NCBI GenBank assembly: GCA_977018835.1
Contig: OZ361258.1
Location: 4,464,001 to 4,528,000, forward strand
Length of the DNA: 64,000 bases
Reading direction: 5' to 3'
DNA from: Minutocellus sp. GHC0000111
Lineage: Eukaryota
Each line of letters opens with the position of its first letter. Within the stretch, counting starts at the first letter, position 1. The translations under genes and the position numbers were made by a program. Shown here piece by piece: positions 13,201-26,420 of this stretch. Under the pieces are notes generated by a model, which was not told where the DNA came from, made no database searches, and saw nothing but the letters and a program-made list of their open reading frames with translations.

Positions 13201-14222
13201 GCGTCTCCGTCCTCTCATCCGCCCACTTGGCAAAATCGAGAAAGCTACTGGTACCTACATCCATTCAAGGTATTGCTCTTCCGTTCTTTGGCCAAGACAA
13301 CGCTCGGACTCTTTGCACAGAGATCAATCACATGTGCGATATGAAGCAACGCGTGGAGAAGGCCATGACGATGCAGAACGGCAGTGCTTTGGACACCGGG
13401 GCTGTCATGAATGGAGGAACTGCCTGTGGAGCCAAGTCTCAAGATGTAGCCAACCAATTGCAGGAAAATAATGATCAACCTGCCCCATCCTCGGCCACCT
13501 CGGCTGTCCGTTCCGTTGAATGGGTATGCAGTGGCTGTGCCGAACACTTTTTGAATAGAGATGCCCTCCTTAGTCACAAGAAAGAATGCCCCAACGAAAC
13601 ACCGGGCGGTAAAGGAGGAAGAGGCCTGATTGACCAGGAGAAACACACTGCCAACGAAATGTTCAACACTTTTCCTGTCTCCTGCGCTTCATTGTTCAGC
13701 GAGGCCGATGCGACAGACGTCCTCGACTATCTCGTCGAAATTTTCCCCGCGACAAATGGCGATATTGGAAGAAAGACGGCCCGCCCGGCCAAGGTAGAGA
13801 CTGTCGGCGACGACCACAACACAAATTGTGACCATACGGGGATGTTGGCCAATAGTCCTGTCTTCGAGGGTCAAGTCGGCCTACGTTGCATCCATTGTCG
13901 CGATGTCGAAGGTACTACTGGCGTCGTGTATCCCCCAACCATCAGCGACCTCCCTCGCGCCATGTGGAGGTTGAGGGTTTCGCATTTTGAACGGTGCAAA
14001 CACCTTCCAGACGATTGCCGGGCACGATATGAGGTATTGAGAAACTCCGTTGCAGCAGAAAGCACACTCTCCCAGCGTTATTGGAATGAAGCAGCCAGTG
14101 GACTGCGTCTTCAAGATGTTTCCAAGGGCATAATGTGGCCTAGCACCTCTAGTAGTGGCGGTGGAAATACTGTGGCAAAGGCTGTTGTTCGATTTGATGG
14201 CTCCGCAGGAGCTCCCAATTGA
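10254..14222 (+). CDS. Large putative nuclear protein with four C-x4-C..C-x2-H fingers, a C2HC finger and a C-terminal GQVGLRCIHC domain; frameshifts near 10793 and 12110
   Basis: Three overlapping ORFs (10035-10814, 10540-12525, 12210-14222) with continuous composition across the frame switches. Fingers include CRVEGCPKYLQAGRDGMCVAH and CSGCAEHFLNRDALLSHKKEC. Basic NLS-like runs. Confidence 0.65.
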
Positions 14223-14402
14223 AAGGCTGCCCCACTCGTTCGACAAACAAATACAGCAACAAAGTAACATATAATATTGTTCTGAATTACTTTCTACGGT
14301 GCCAAACGGATCTCCATTATACTCCCTTGTACCTAGGTACAGGTTCCTACATGCCAATCAATTTAGAGGCGACCTAGGTACTTTCACAACGAAATCATTT
14401 AA

Positions 14403-17400
14403 TCAAGCTGTGCCCATCGCAGCAACGCCAGCTGTCCCGACATTTGACACTGGAGGCGCAGCAGGAGCACCATGGAATTGGTTCTTGCGGACGAAGCCAT
14501 AGTTGCTAATGTGCAAAGTTCGGAGACCACCGAAGAATCGAGCAAAGCAAGATTTCTTGGTCTCAACAATTTCAACGGTATGATATCTATCCTCGGGGGC
14601 GAGGATGGATTCAACATGGATGCCATACCTTTTGCGCTTTTCCATGTGCATCTTGGCTTCAGTCATTTCCTCAGCTTGGATAAGACCGTCGCCGACAATA
14701 ATTGGGCCCGGCGCGTCGTGAATAATCTCACTCTTGAACAACACCTTTGCAGCATCAACAATTATGAAAGCCACAATATTCATCAACCACACCCATCCAA
14801 TGTTGGAACCGGGAACTTCGTACGAAAGCGAAGCAATCAGACTACCAATCACTGCCGTTCCAAGAACAGACGCAACCAGATACTTCGAGGGGGGTGATTC
14901 CCAGAAGAACGATCCGGTGCGGGCGGAAAATATCATGAATTCCGTGGCCAAAATAAGGTAGAACCAGATAAAGCCCCGGGTCTCGTGGGTGCACATTTCG
15001 AGAGAGAAGTTGCCCGAAAGATGGTCGTTGCGTTCAATGACAAAGAATACAATGAGTGCCAGCGACGTGTGGACGACGCCAAAGAAAAAGCTAACCATGA
15101 CAAGCTTCGACGCCTTCGGCAGTTGAGGCTTTGCAGTGGCCTGCGCGTTGTCATAGGCAACCGGTATCATACAGTGTTATCATAAACGAAGGAGAAGAGA
15201 TGAAATACAAAGGTGAGAGATAAACAATTTGATATGGAATTTCGAGAGAAGAATCATTGCTTTTCCATTGACCAAGGGAACATACCTAATGTCGTTGAGC
15301 AGAGCCAGAACAATGACTAGAAGCGAATCGACGGCACATCCTGTAACAAAGATGACGATGGAGAGAGTAAGGACGAGGAGAATAGATGCTGCAATCCGGT
15401 AGACAACGTAACTCTTGACGCGGGCAAAGATACGACGAGACTCGAGGACGGCACCATAGATAGGGCTGAGGCCGGCTTCGGTCAGGATCAAATCAGCAGC
15501 ATTTTTGGCGGCATCGGTGGCGCCCTCAACTGCGATGCCAACCTGGGCTGCACTCAGGGCAGGCGCATCGTTGACGCCGTCTCCTGTCATTCCCGTAACT
15601 ACACCGTACTCGTTCCTAAGGGTAAGCACGACTTCTCTTTTGTCACTAGGAAGCACGGCAGCAAATCCGTCTGCCTGCCAGATCATCTCCTTCTTTTGCT
15701 GCTCGTTGGCAGTCGTGCGAATCTCTTCTCCGGGATGGATGTTCTGTCCAAGTCCGATGAGTCGGGCCGTCTCTTTAGCCACGTTCTGATGGTCTCCAGT
15801 AATCATTTTGACTGATATATTTGCGTGGTGGAGCGAATTGATTGTGAGGGCGGTATCTGTTTGAATTAGAGAGAGAGAGAAAAAGAGAGAGAGAGTTTGC
15901 AGAAGATGCAGCAGAAATGGTAAGGTTATAATATTGGAAAAATCCTCAATGATAAAATGGCAGATGATAACTCCACAGACTGGCATACCTTCACGAGGAG
16001 GATCAATCATTGGGAGCAGGCCAACAAACTTAAAGACCGGAGCGTCAGCCTCTCGGGCATCGCCCTCGTAAATGGCAATTGCGATCGTCTTGTACCCAGC
16101 CTTGCTGAGATCTTTTCCCTTTTCTTCCAGAGCAGCCACGAAGGCTTTCTCACCGGCTTTCTCGCATTTCCACTGGATTTCACCAGAATCAAGACCCCCC
16201 GCGGACGTGTCTACAATCTTGGCGGGCAATCCTTTTGCGACTGTCATGATATTCCCGTCCTTCTTCCGGACGAAGCCGATGGTTCGTTTGACTTCAGGAT
16301 TGAAGCCGATAACAGACTCTTGCTTATATCCAATCTCCTCCAATTTCTTCTTTCCGGCCTCATCCTTCTCAAACGCTTGGAGGGTCGCTCGATCAATTGG
16401 ATCATCCTTCTTATCTGGATTCGAACAGAGGGACGCAAAAAGCAAAACGTCCTCCTTCTCAAATCCCTCTGCTGCGTGAATAGAATCGGGGATAATGCTC
16501 ATCTTAGCGGTTGTGAGGGTACCCGTCTTGTCAGAACACAAAATCGACATCGAGGCGATATCCTGAAGCGCAGGGGTGGAAGTAACAATGGCGTTGTGGT
16601 GCTTGGCAAGGAAGGCAGCTCCCAAGGCCATGTTGACCTGTAAGACGAGTGGCAAGGCTATTGGTATGGCTGCAATCATGATGGATAGTGCTGAGAGGAC
16701 AGTTTCCTTGGCGTCGACAGTGAAGCCATCGTATGCCAACCCAAGAACTAGGAGATAATTTTGACAAGAATAAAGGCCGTAAGGTTAGATTGCCATACAC
16801 ATATATATAAGAAATACGAGCAGAGAATTGATTCGCAGCAGATCACTCACCTAGAAGGACTGCAATCACAATGAAAAGCGAAACCAAGATGACTGCCTGG
16901 ACTACGAACATGATCTTCTGATAGAATACACTCTCGACTTTGACCGCCTTATCTTTCATAACATCTGCCTGCGCCTGTCCAATCTCGGTATTGGTACCGG
17001 TAGCGGTGACCTGCCCATAACACTCGCCGGCCTTGACTGTCGTACCACTTAGTAGGACGTCACCGTACTCTTCACTGGGATACTTGCGCGGTATCGGCTC
17101 GCCTGTCAGAGCTGCCGTATCAATCGACATTTCATCACCTCTCAGCCATTTAATGTCGGCCGGGATGATTGTGCCACCCACCAAAAATGCAATATCACCA
17201 GGGACCAATTCGGTAGTGGGAATTTCAATCGCCTTGCCTCCATCTCGAAGGACGGTGATGGTGGCTTCGATGGAATTGGCCAACTCATCCAAGCTCTTTT
17301 TGGCATGGTATTCCTCTCGAAAGCCAAGGCATCCATTCACCAAGAGCATGCCACATACAATGGCAAAGTCGACGTAGTCCTGATATGAAGCAGCGGCATA

Positions 17401-17727
17401 AGTGGGATGAGACAATAGTTTGTAATATAAGTATGAATGGGTCGCAGCCAAATTGAGCCAACTCACCTGAACCGCAAGCGAAATTATGGCAGCCAGCTCA
17501 ATCAGAAAGGGCATGAAACCAGTGAACTGACGGAGGAAGAGCACGTATAGTGGCGTAACTTCCACCTCGATTTCGTTCCGTCCCCATGCCTCGAGTGATT
17601 TCTCAACCTCGGCGGTCGAAAGACCCTTGGTCGAGTCGGTCTCCCAGCCCTTCCCACCGATCTCAGATGGTGGAGGAGTCGGCGCCTCCTCATCGACGAA
17701 TGCCTTGTCAATCTTCGTATCGGACAT
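14403..17727 (-). CDS. P-type P3A plasma-membrane H+-ATPase; 5 exons (introns 17466-17380, 16850-16748, 15988-15857, 15285-15172)
   Basis: TGEP, IPIALP, DKTGTLT, DPPR, MITGD, TGDGVNDAPAL and ALLND (proton-acceptor Asp) motifs; exons join in frame. Confidence 0.93.
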
Positions 17728-18212
17728 GCTTGCGAAATGTTTGTAAATTCTTTGATCCAATTTGTGTGACAAGCCGATGCGGATCTTTCTCAGAGGGGCG
17801 GAAAAGTCGCCGGCAGAACAATTTGCAACTTTCTCGCCCTACGTGTACGATCTGGCGTATCTTTCTGGCCAATTTGCTTGACCAAAATTAAATTATCCGG
17901 ATACCCAACACAAAATGTGCGGTGATGTGCTGGAAACAATTGGCTTTGCAATCTCTCAAAAGCTTGTTGCTTCTTATCTCTCGTCTCTATTTGCGTCGGA
18001 AATGAAGCATATCGATATCTTCGACGTCTCTCGTCTGTCTGTCCGTCCGTCCGTCCAAAGACTCGGCCTGTCCGTCGCTTTTGCTTCTGACCTGACTTCG
18101 GTCGAGCTCTCGCTATTGCTCGATTGGCCGGCTGCGCGGCTGACTGCTGCTCTGCTGAATTGCATGCTGATCAGAGATACGGGAAAGGGCGGCCTGTGGG
18201 ATAACGTCACCA

Positions 18213-19943
18213 ATGCATCATCCTCCGACATTCGGAGAGGGCGGTATGTCGGTGCTGGCACGTGGCCTGGCCTTTGCGCCTCCGTTCGTTCGCAATCGGC
18301 ATCAAGCACGGAGCCTGTTGGAACCCTTCATTTCCACTGCACCATTGCCCTCAGCATCCACCTGCCGATCGTCTGTTCCAATAATAGCCTCTGCTAGTCC
18401 ATTCTCAGCGCTTGCCTCAAGCAACATCAATGACTTAACTGATTTGGTCAGCGCTGATGGTGCAAACACCGCGGTTACTGATGATATAAGAAATGGCAAC
18501 AACTCGGATTTGGACGAAGATGTTATCGACGAGACGACATTGCATGCTCTTATTCACGGAGACGACGACAAAGACTCGGGGGAAACTGGCACCGATACTG
18601 ACGCCCAACCACCAGCTGGTCTTATCGATGGCTTCTACGTCGTCAAACAATACCAAACGCCTCAAACATTCGACCTGTCATCTCCAGCACTCGTTGCAAT
18701 AGATGGAAAGCGAGTATCACTTTCTTCGACCAATGTGACTCTTCCCGTTGCCCTCATGCTGATAGATCCCGAGGAATACCCATCTCTATCTCGCGCACGA
18801 AAGGCGATACGGCAAAAGAGCATTGTCGTGCATAGAGGGGAGTTCAATGGCAGCAATGTCAATCAGCAATCATTTCCATTGAGCGCATTTGAGCGACCTC
18901 AAGCTTCCATTGGCAAGGCGAGCGATCGCATCGTACCTGGTGATGTCATTGGGAAGCAAGTGGGTTTGTCGCATGGTCATTACAGCAAATTCATCGGCCT
19001 TTCCAAGCCACAGTTTGATCTACCAGTGCTGTATGAAGACGACCATATTGCTGTGGTGAATAAGCCAGCGGGCGTGGCCGTCTATGATGGGAGGGAGAAA
19101 AGCCATGGTCGGAACACCATTCGATATGCCTTGCCTCATGTGCTCCAGCCACCGTCAATGACGACCAGCGTCAGTAGCGGTGATACCAATGGACCTCAAC
19201 CGCTGAACCGACCGATCACGTGCCATCGGCTCGACATGCCAACGAGTGGTTGTCTTGTCTGCGCCAAGACGCTGGAAAGTACAATCGACATGTCGAGGCA
19301 ATTTGAGCAAAGAATCGTTCGAAAGACATATGCTGCAATTGTCAATGGCAAGCTGGAAGAAGAAGTCACTGCTGATAATGCGACGACAATATCGTCCCAA
19401 GAAACATACGAACTTGGAGTTGACGTTGATCCCAATGACTTGACGACAAGGTGGCAAGTTGCTCACGATGTACAAGAGGGCAAGGAAGCCTTGACGGTGT
19501 GGCGATTTCTAAAACACTGCCCTTCGGCCAAGGCCAAGGATGGTATCCTGACCTTGGTAGAATTGAAACCAAAGACCGGCCGCAAACATCAGCTCCGTCG
19601 ACATCTCGCATGGAACTATGGCTGCCCAATTGTTGGCGACACGACGTATGGAGACTTGTATGATGCAAAGCGTTTTGGGAGGGGATTGATGCTTACAAGT
19701 TGCCACATTGCATTTCAACATCCATATTATAGCAATTCGGAAGAAGGACAAAGGGTGTGGGAGAAGATCAGCTCTTCGGATGAGGATGGCGTGAAGAGGC
19801 TTGGGACCAACTTATCTCAGAAGCAGGAGGACAGTCCAGTGATTGTTGATGTGTCGATTGATCTTCCCAATAAGTTCACTACACTGTTGTTGACTGAGGA
19901 AAGGAGGGCGGCATTGCAGGTAGAAAGTTTAGGAGATGAGTGA
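18213..19943 (+). CDS. RluA-family pseudouridine synthase, probably organellar; start codon uncertain
   Basis: VLYEDDHIAVVNKPAG, HRLDMPTSG (catalytic Asp), TGRKHQLRRH and PIVGDTTY motifs. Confidence 0.92.
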   Translation: MHHPPTFGEGGMSVLARGLAFAPPFVRNRHQARSLLEPFISTAPLPSASTCRSSVPIIASASPFSALASSNINDLTDLVSADGANTAVTDDIRNGNNSDLDEDVIDETTLHALIHGDDDKDSGETGTDTDAQPPAGLIDGFYVVKQYQTPQTFDLSSPALVAIDGKRVSLSSTNVTLPVALMLIDPEEYPSLSRARKAIRQKSIVVHRGEFNGSNVNQQSFPLSAFERPQASIGKASDRIVPGDVIGKQVGLSHGHYSKFIGLSKPQFDLPVLYEDDHIAVVNKPAGVAVYDGREKSHGRNTIRYALPHVLQPPSMTTSVSSGDTNGPQPLNRPITCHRLDMPTSGCLVCAKTLESTIDMSRQFEQRIVRKTYAAIVNGKLEEEVTADNATTISSQETYELGVDVDPNDLTTRWQVAHDVQEGKEALTVWRFLKHCPSAKAKDGILTLVELKPKTGRKHQLRRHLAWNYGCPIVGDTTYGDLYDAKRFGRGLMLTSCHIAFQHPYYSNSEEGQRVWEKISSSDEDGVKRLGTNLSQKQEDSPVIVDVSIDLPNKFTTLLLTEERRAALQVESLGDE

Positions 19944-20347
19944 TACCTACTACGTAGTAGGAATTCCTAGCTAGGTAAGGAATTCTACCACCAAAAAATT
20001 AATGCAAGTTACAGCCTCACTCCCTTTTCTCTCTCGTCTGGCCGTCGTGTGAGACCACATTTTCCTCATTTTTTTCCCATTTTTTTTCATTTGCTAGCTG
20101 GCGGAACGAACTTGCCATCGTGGTGACGTTGGTCGGTCGATAACCATCTTCCGTTGCCACCAATCATTGCTGATATCCGGCTGGCCTGGCGTGGCCGATA
20201 TTGCAGTTCGCCGATAGCTAGCTGCGTAGTAGAGCCCCAGTATCATCTCTTCGTCCTCAAAGACAGACGGAGACAAAAACCCAGCACAAAAATAAATAAA
20301 TCCGTTCTCAGGGATAAAGACGAACCAACGAGTCATCGCCCCAACAC

Positions 20348-22711
20348 ATGCCTGCCACCGCCACGGCCTCGTCCTCTGCCAGTGCCGGTCCAGCCAAAGT
20401 GCCCAGGAAGCCCAACTCGGTCAAGCCGTTTCAGCTCACCCAGCTCCAAAAGACGCTGAACCGGCGGAAGCAGCATCTGGACAGACTGAGTGAGGAGGAA
20501 TTGCAGACGGTGCTTGACTTGGTCATTGAGACGCTGTACGGCGGTGACGGTGGGGGCAAGAGACCCGCGGCAGGTAGCAACGGCGGCGGCAGTGGCGGCG
20601 GCAGGCTAGCGGACGCCATTGAGAGTCTCCCATACGCCAACGACGAGCTGCGGAACAACAGCCGCAACGACACGGCTGCATCAGCCACAGCAGTCCACAG
20701 CAAGCTCAAGGAGAACGTGGTATTCGGTCTGACGGCGGCATTCTACGCCAGCATCAACGACGAATTGACCAAGGGACAGCGCAACGCGGCACTGCGCTCG
20801 GTCAAGACGATTCTGGGGGGTATCGACGCATCGCGGAAGGACGCGGTCGAGCGCAATTTGCGAAAGGAGAAGGAACGGAGAGACCAGGAGCAGGCCAACG
20901 AGAAGGCGGCCAAGGAGACGGAAAGGGCTCAGCAGAAGGAGAAGGAAAGAGAGAAACAAGCAAGAGATAATACTGCCGAGACCAGTGCCGCTTCTGCAGG
21001 TTCCAGTAGCGCCAACACAGAACCCACCAGCGGCTCGAAAGATAAGGAAAGCGACAGTGGCAAGATGGGGTCATTGCTTTCTACGGGCCGTGATGCCAAT
21101 GCCAATGACGATAGCGATGATGAAGTGGTCATTCTGGACGGACCACCTTCTCCACCTCCTGCTGGCCGAAAGGACAGGCCACTTCCCAAGCCCAAGCAGG
21201 AAGCGGATGGCAACAACGATGCCACGAGCAATGGTGCTCCCCCCGCCCCCGTCCCTCCAGAAGTTCCAACCAGACCTCGGCACCGACAGGACAAGTCTGC
21301 TGCGGCGATCCCACAAGCAATGGCATTGCTGCCCGATACGAATAAGCCGCGCCATTCCGCCTCGATCCATCCCCGGCCAAAGGCTAAGCTGACCTTCGAT
21401 GGCTCGATTGATCCTCAACGAGGCACCGTCATCGATGAGGTCACGCTCGACGACGTTCGGTCGAGATTGGCCAAGTGGGATCCCTACTGGGACGTTGTTC
21501 ACGAATTTAGCTCTGGGTCGTCGAATGGTCTTGTTCCGACTGACTTTGAGTGGGGAAGGCGGACAGGCCCAGTGTCTGCCTACAAAGAGCTGGGCAAGCG
21601 CTCCAGTGAACTAAAAAATGCCGAAAAGTATGAGATTGTAACAGCGGGCGCAGTGGAAGTGCACGTCGATCCCAATGACGTTGGTCTGAGGGCCAAGCTC
21701 AATTCTGGAAAGAATAGAGTTATGAAGTGGGGCAAGTCGGCCAGTCCAGCACCCAGCAGATACAGCACCGGCGATCGGCGCTGCATTCTCCGCATGTTGC
21801 CCTTGTATGCCACCGATGCCGAGCGAGCCAAGCAGCGGAAGAAGAGAGCCGATACGCATCTTTGGCCTATCGGCACCTTTATTCAATACAATAATCGTGC
21901 TGTGACTATCGTTCAACGAAAGCAGCAGTCACATGACCATACAGAGTGGAAGGGGATGTCACATGCCCTTGATGTGACAGATTTAGTGTCCGACGTATAC
22001 TCTACTACCCTTCCCAATATGGTCGAGATTGCCACCAGAGAGGCGACGCCATATGCCATTCACTTGGCCGTTTGTGATTATGTCGGCCCCGATACTCTCT
22101 ACGACCGCCTCATGGCAAGAAACGGGCCGCACTCTATCCTCAAATATGACTACGACGAGGCTCTCAAGGTGGCATTGGACTATGTCAAGAACCAGATGGT
22201 TGTCCTTGATAGCGATTCTGAGGATGATGACGATGATCCTGACCACGAGGGATCGTCGCAGCAGTACTCGCTATTGTGTCCCCTATCAATGTCGGCTATG
22301 CAGACGCCAGTCCGAGGGAAGGACTGTCGTCACATTGCCTGCTTTGACCTGCGCAATTGGCTTCACAATAATGTCACCGTGGGCGGTACCCGGTGGAGAT
22401 GTGGCCATTGTGAGAACTTCCTCGCACCGTCCGATCTGCTCGTAGATGGTATGTTTTGTCGCTTCCTCGAGCAGACCCAGGGACAGATTAGCAGTGCCCG
22501 CGACAAGGTTCAGCTCAACTCCGATGGTACATGGGAACTGATGGATGCCAACAAACTCCGATACCAAAACAACAAGAGAGGTAGCGGTGAACTGGGAGAC
22601 AGCAACGGTAATGCCCTGAAGAGAAGGAAGATCGAGCCAGGAGCTCCGTCGCCGGTACCTAATGGCGGTGGTGGAGAACGTGAGATTATTGAGCTGGACG
22701 ATTCGGATTGA
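20348..22711 (+). CDS. MIZ/SP-RING zinc-finger E3 SUMO ligase (SIZ/PIAS-like)
   Basis: SLLCPLSMSAMQTPVRGKDCRHIACFDL..WRCGHC; SIM-like motifs VVILD, VVLDSDSE and IIELDDSD. Confidence 0.9.
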   Translation: MPATATASSSASAGPAKVPRKPNSVKPFQLTQLQKTLNRRKQHLDRLSEEELQTVLDLVIETLYGGDGGGKRPAAGSNGGGSGGGRLADAIESLPYANDELRNNSRNDTAASATAVHSKLKENVVFGLTAAFYASINDELTKGQRNAALRSVKTILGGIDASRKDAVERNLRKEKERRDQEQANEKAAKETERAQQKEKEREKQARDNTAETSAASAGSSSANTEPTSGSKDKESDSGKMGSLLSTGRDANANDDSDDEVVILDGPPSPPPAGRKDRPLPKPKQEADGNNDATSNGAPPAPVPPEVPTRPRHRQDKSAAAIPQAMALLPDTNKPRHSASIHPRPKAKLTFDGSIDPQRGTVIDEVTLDDVRSRLAKWDPYWDVVHEFSSGSSNGLVPTDFEWGRRTGPVSAYKELGKRSSELKNAEKYEIVTAGAVEVHVDPNDVGLRAKLNSGKNRVMKWGKSASPAPSRYSTGDRRCILRMLPLYATDAERAKQRKKRADTHLWPIGTFIQYNNRAVTIVQRKQQSHDHTEWKGMSHALDVTDLVSDVYSTTLPNMVEIATREATPYAIHLAVCDYVGPDTLYDRLMARNGPHSILKYDYDEALKVALDYVKNQMVVLDSDSEDDDDDPDHEGSSQQYSLLCPLSMSAMQTPVRGKDCRHIACFDLRNWLHNNVTVGGTRWRCGHCENFLAPSDLLVDGMFCRFLEQTQGQISSARDKVQLNSDGTWELMDANKLRYQNNKRGSGELGDSNGNALKRRKIEPGAPSPVPNGGGGEREIIELDDSD

Positions 22712-23109
22712 GTTGGGCGTGGGTCTAGTTCTAGAAAAGATAGATGGTGCTTCTTCTAACTTTTGACTTTGAACGCTTTTAGATGGGCCAGTGACCCACG
22801 CTGCCAACTTTCTACAGCTGTAAGTTGCCGTTTTTCGTTTGAACGGGATGGCCTTCGTTTCTCTTATGAAATATCGACGTCATCGCATATTTGACTTGTT
22901 CGATTCATTCCTCTCACACGCACGAAGCAAATGATGTGCTCATTCCTCTTCGAAGATCGTTATGCTTGGATACCGGTCAATTGATTGACCTCCAGCTGTC
23001 CACACTTTGATCCCATTCTTCCACAAAGACATTGATCATTTCCTCCAATCTTCGCTCTGCACGATCGATTGATACTTCTTCCACAGCGCACTCAACCCAA
23101 CCAAGCAAG

Positions 23110-26100
23110 ATGACCATCCGCTTCAGCCCTCTCGTGCTGACGCTGGTGATGGCCTCGTCCGTCACCGCACCCACGGCCGCGTTTCATGCTCCCAATGCCG
23201 CCCAGCTGTCACGAGCGGCTACAGGACTGTCGCCATTCATGGGTCAGCGATTTGTTCCCAATGGCGTGGCTGCTCGCAACGTCAACAACAATAACGTGAA
23301 GGTATCTGCTGCACCTCAGGCACGCCGGTCCAAGCGCCGCTCCGCCACCACGGCCCTGCGAATGTCCTCCAACGACTACTTCAACGAACAGACCTACACG
23401 GAGGCGGCATGGTCGGCCATGATCTCACTGCAATCGGCCGCGGAGAGCTACCAGGCCACCCAAGTCGAGGCTCCCATGCTCCTCGACACGCTCCTCAACC
23501 CCTCCAAATACAGCGGCAAGGATTCCGCCGACAGCGCCCGGCAGGTGGCCGAGGGTGTCCTGACCAAGGCCGGGGTGAACATGGACAACCTCCGGTCGGA
23601 GCTGGAAGGATATTTCAAGAAGCAGCCCAAGGTGTCCGGTGGGTCGGGGCAGATCACCATGGGGCGCAATCTAAACGCCGTCCTGCGCAAGGCGACCGAT
23701 GCCAAGAAGCAGCTACGCGATTCGTTCATTTCGGTCGAGGCCCTGGTGCTGGCGCTGGTGCAGGAGGACACGCTGTTTACGAGGGATGCCCTGACGAGAC
23801 AGGGCGTCAAGTATACCGAGGTGCAGTGGGCCGTCGAGCAGCTGAGGGAGGAGAAGGGACCAGCCAACTCCCGCAGTGCGGAAAACATGTACGATGCTCT
23901 GGACAAGTATGGGATTGACTTTTCCGAGCGGGCCCGGCAGGGCAAGTTGGTAAGTGAAAGGATCGTGGAGTAGGATATTGCTGGCATACGAAGGCAATGT
24001 GTATTCGTATTCTAGTGCATTGGATTCGAACTCTCAATTCACTAACCACGTTTCTTCCCTTTCATGCCTGTAGGATCCTGTGATTGGTCGTGATGATGAG
24101 ATTCGCCGAGCCATTCAAATCTTGTCTCGTCGTACGAAAAACAATCCGGTTCTCATCGGCGATCCTGGCGTAGGTAAGACTGCGATTGCCGAGGGCATTG
24201 CCCAACGAATGATCGATGGAGACGTTCCCGATAGCATGAAGCCCCCGTGCCGCTTGATCGGCCTTGATCTTGGTGCACTGGTCGCCGGTGCGACGATGCG
24301 TGGCGAATTCGAGGAGCGGCTCAAGAGTGTTTTGGAGGAGGTGACCAAGAGCGAGGGCGAGATTATTCTCTTCATCGATGAGATGCACACTGTGGTCGGC
24401 GCCGGTGCCGCCGGTGGCTCCATGGATGCTTCGAATCTGCTAAAGCCTGCTCTGGCCCGTGGCGAGATCCGATGCATCGGTGCCACGACCAACGATGAGT
24501 ACCGCAAGTACATTGAAAAAGGACAAGGCTCTCGAGCGTCGATTTCAGCAAGTAGTGATTGATCAGCCATCGCCGGAGGACACCGTTAGTATTCTCCGTG
24601 GATTGAAGCCAAGATATGAGATTCACCACGGCGTCCGTATCCGAGATGAAGCACTGCTCGCTGCTGCCAAGCTTTCTCATCGCTACATCCCGGATAGATT
24701 TTTACGTGATAAGGCCATTGACCTTGTGGACGAGGCATGTGCCAAGTTGAAGAATGAGCTTTCGTCCAAGCCTGTCATTCTCGACGAGATTGACCGACAG
24801 GTCATTCAGCTCGAGATGGAGCGTTTGTCGCTACAGTCCGACTACGAGAAGACCAAAGAGGGAACGCGGGAGAACATGGAATCTGGTCAGAGATTGGCAA
24901 AAATCAACAACAAGCTTGCGCAACTGGTGACTCAGCAAGAGGAATTGACCACGAAATGGCAGGCCGAGAGAGGCGGCGTTGGCAAGATTTCCGAGCTGAA
25001 GGAGCAAATTGTCGACGTTGATCTGCAAATTGAGCAGGCCGAGCGTGACTTTGATCTGAATAGAGCAGCCGAGTTGAAGTACTCTGTCCTCCCCAAACTG
25101 AAGGAGGAATTGGAGGCAATCGAGAAGGCTTCTGCAGAGGTTGGTCAAGATGTTGATGGGGGCAAAATGTTGCGAGATGAAGTCACTGCCGATGACATTG
25201 CGGAAGTGATTGCAGTTGCCACCGGTATTCCGCCTGAGCGTATGGTGGAGACCGAGCGGGAGAGACTTTTGTCGATGGAAGACAAGCTCCGAGAGCGTGT
25301 CAAGGGCCAGGATGAGCCATCGAGGTAGTGACCGAAGCCATTCAGAGATCTCGTGCCGGCCTCAACGACCCCAGTAGACCGATCGCAAGCCTCATCTTTC
25401 TAGGACCAACTGGAGTCGGAAAGACAGAATTATGCAAGGCCCTGTCGGAGTTTATGTTTGATTCTGAGGAGGTAAGTGTTTGTACACATTGTGGATGCCA
25501 TGGTTTATCAGCCATGCTTGGACGGGTCATTTTCTTATTTGAATTGGTCCCGCTTTGCCTTTGCATCGATCAGACAAATATTAATATAGTTCTCATTCCT
25601 TCTTTTCCACATCTCACCCCTCTATTATCTAAGATTTCAGAACATGATTCGCATAGACATGTCTGAATTTATGGAGAAACACACCGTCAGTCGATTGGTC
25701 GGTGCACCTCCCGGCTATGTAGGCTATGATGAAGGTGGCCAGCTCACCGATGCCGTTCGGAGAAAGCCATATTCCGTTGTCCTCTTTGATGAAATGGAGA
25801 AGGCTCACCCCGATGTTTTCAATATCATGCTCCAGATGCTCGACGATGGCCGTGTCACCGATAGCAAGGGCCACGTCGTCAATTTCCGTAACTGCATCTG
25901 TATCTTTACATCCAACGTAGGCTCGCAAGATATCTTGGAGTTGAATGGTATCGATGATGAACAGATGCGAGAACGAGTCACGAACGCCATGAAGGAGAAG
26001 TTCAAGCCCGAGTTCTTGAATCGCATCGACGAGTATGTGATCTTCAACTCTCTTGACAAGTCCAATCTCCGTGAGATTGTCAAGATTGAGGCCAGGCGTT

Positions 26101-26420
26101 TGGAAGGTAGATTGCAAGAGCGCTCAATGAAATTGGCCATATCCGAGGCAGCTCTGGACCATTTGAGTGATGTTGGATTTGACCCTGTGTATGGAGCAAG
26201 GCCACTCAAGAGAACCATCCAGCGAGAGGTGGAGACTGCCATCTCCATCAAAATTTTGGAAGGTACGTTCAACGATGGCGACACTATCGTTGTTGATGTA
26301 TCGGACGACGACGACATCGTTATCCAGAAAGCAATTGGAGAGGTGGACTCTTTTCCAAGCGACGGCCGTGTCCGTGAGCCGGCAGACAAGAAAAAGAAGA
26401 AGAGAACTTATGACGAGTAG
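23110..26420 (+). CDS. clpB: Plastid-targeted ClpB/Hsp100 disaggregase; introns 23950-24073 and 25472-25640; frameshifts near 24520 and 25316
   Basis: Bipartite leader (..PTAA|FHAP), Clp N-domain, Walker A motifs GDPGVGKT and GPTGVGKT, coiled-coil middle domain, [17 protein letters not shown] and YGARPLKR. Confidence 0.96.

Noticed and set aside
24510..25330. Programmed frameshifting in clpB
   Set aside because: The shifts go in opposite directions, share no signal with the other sites, and fit homopolymer errors
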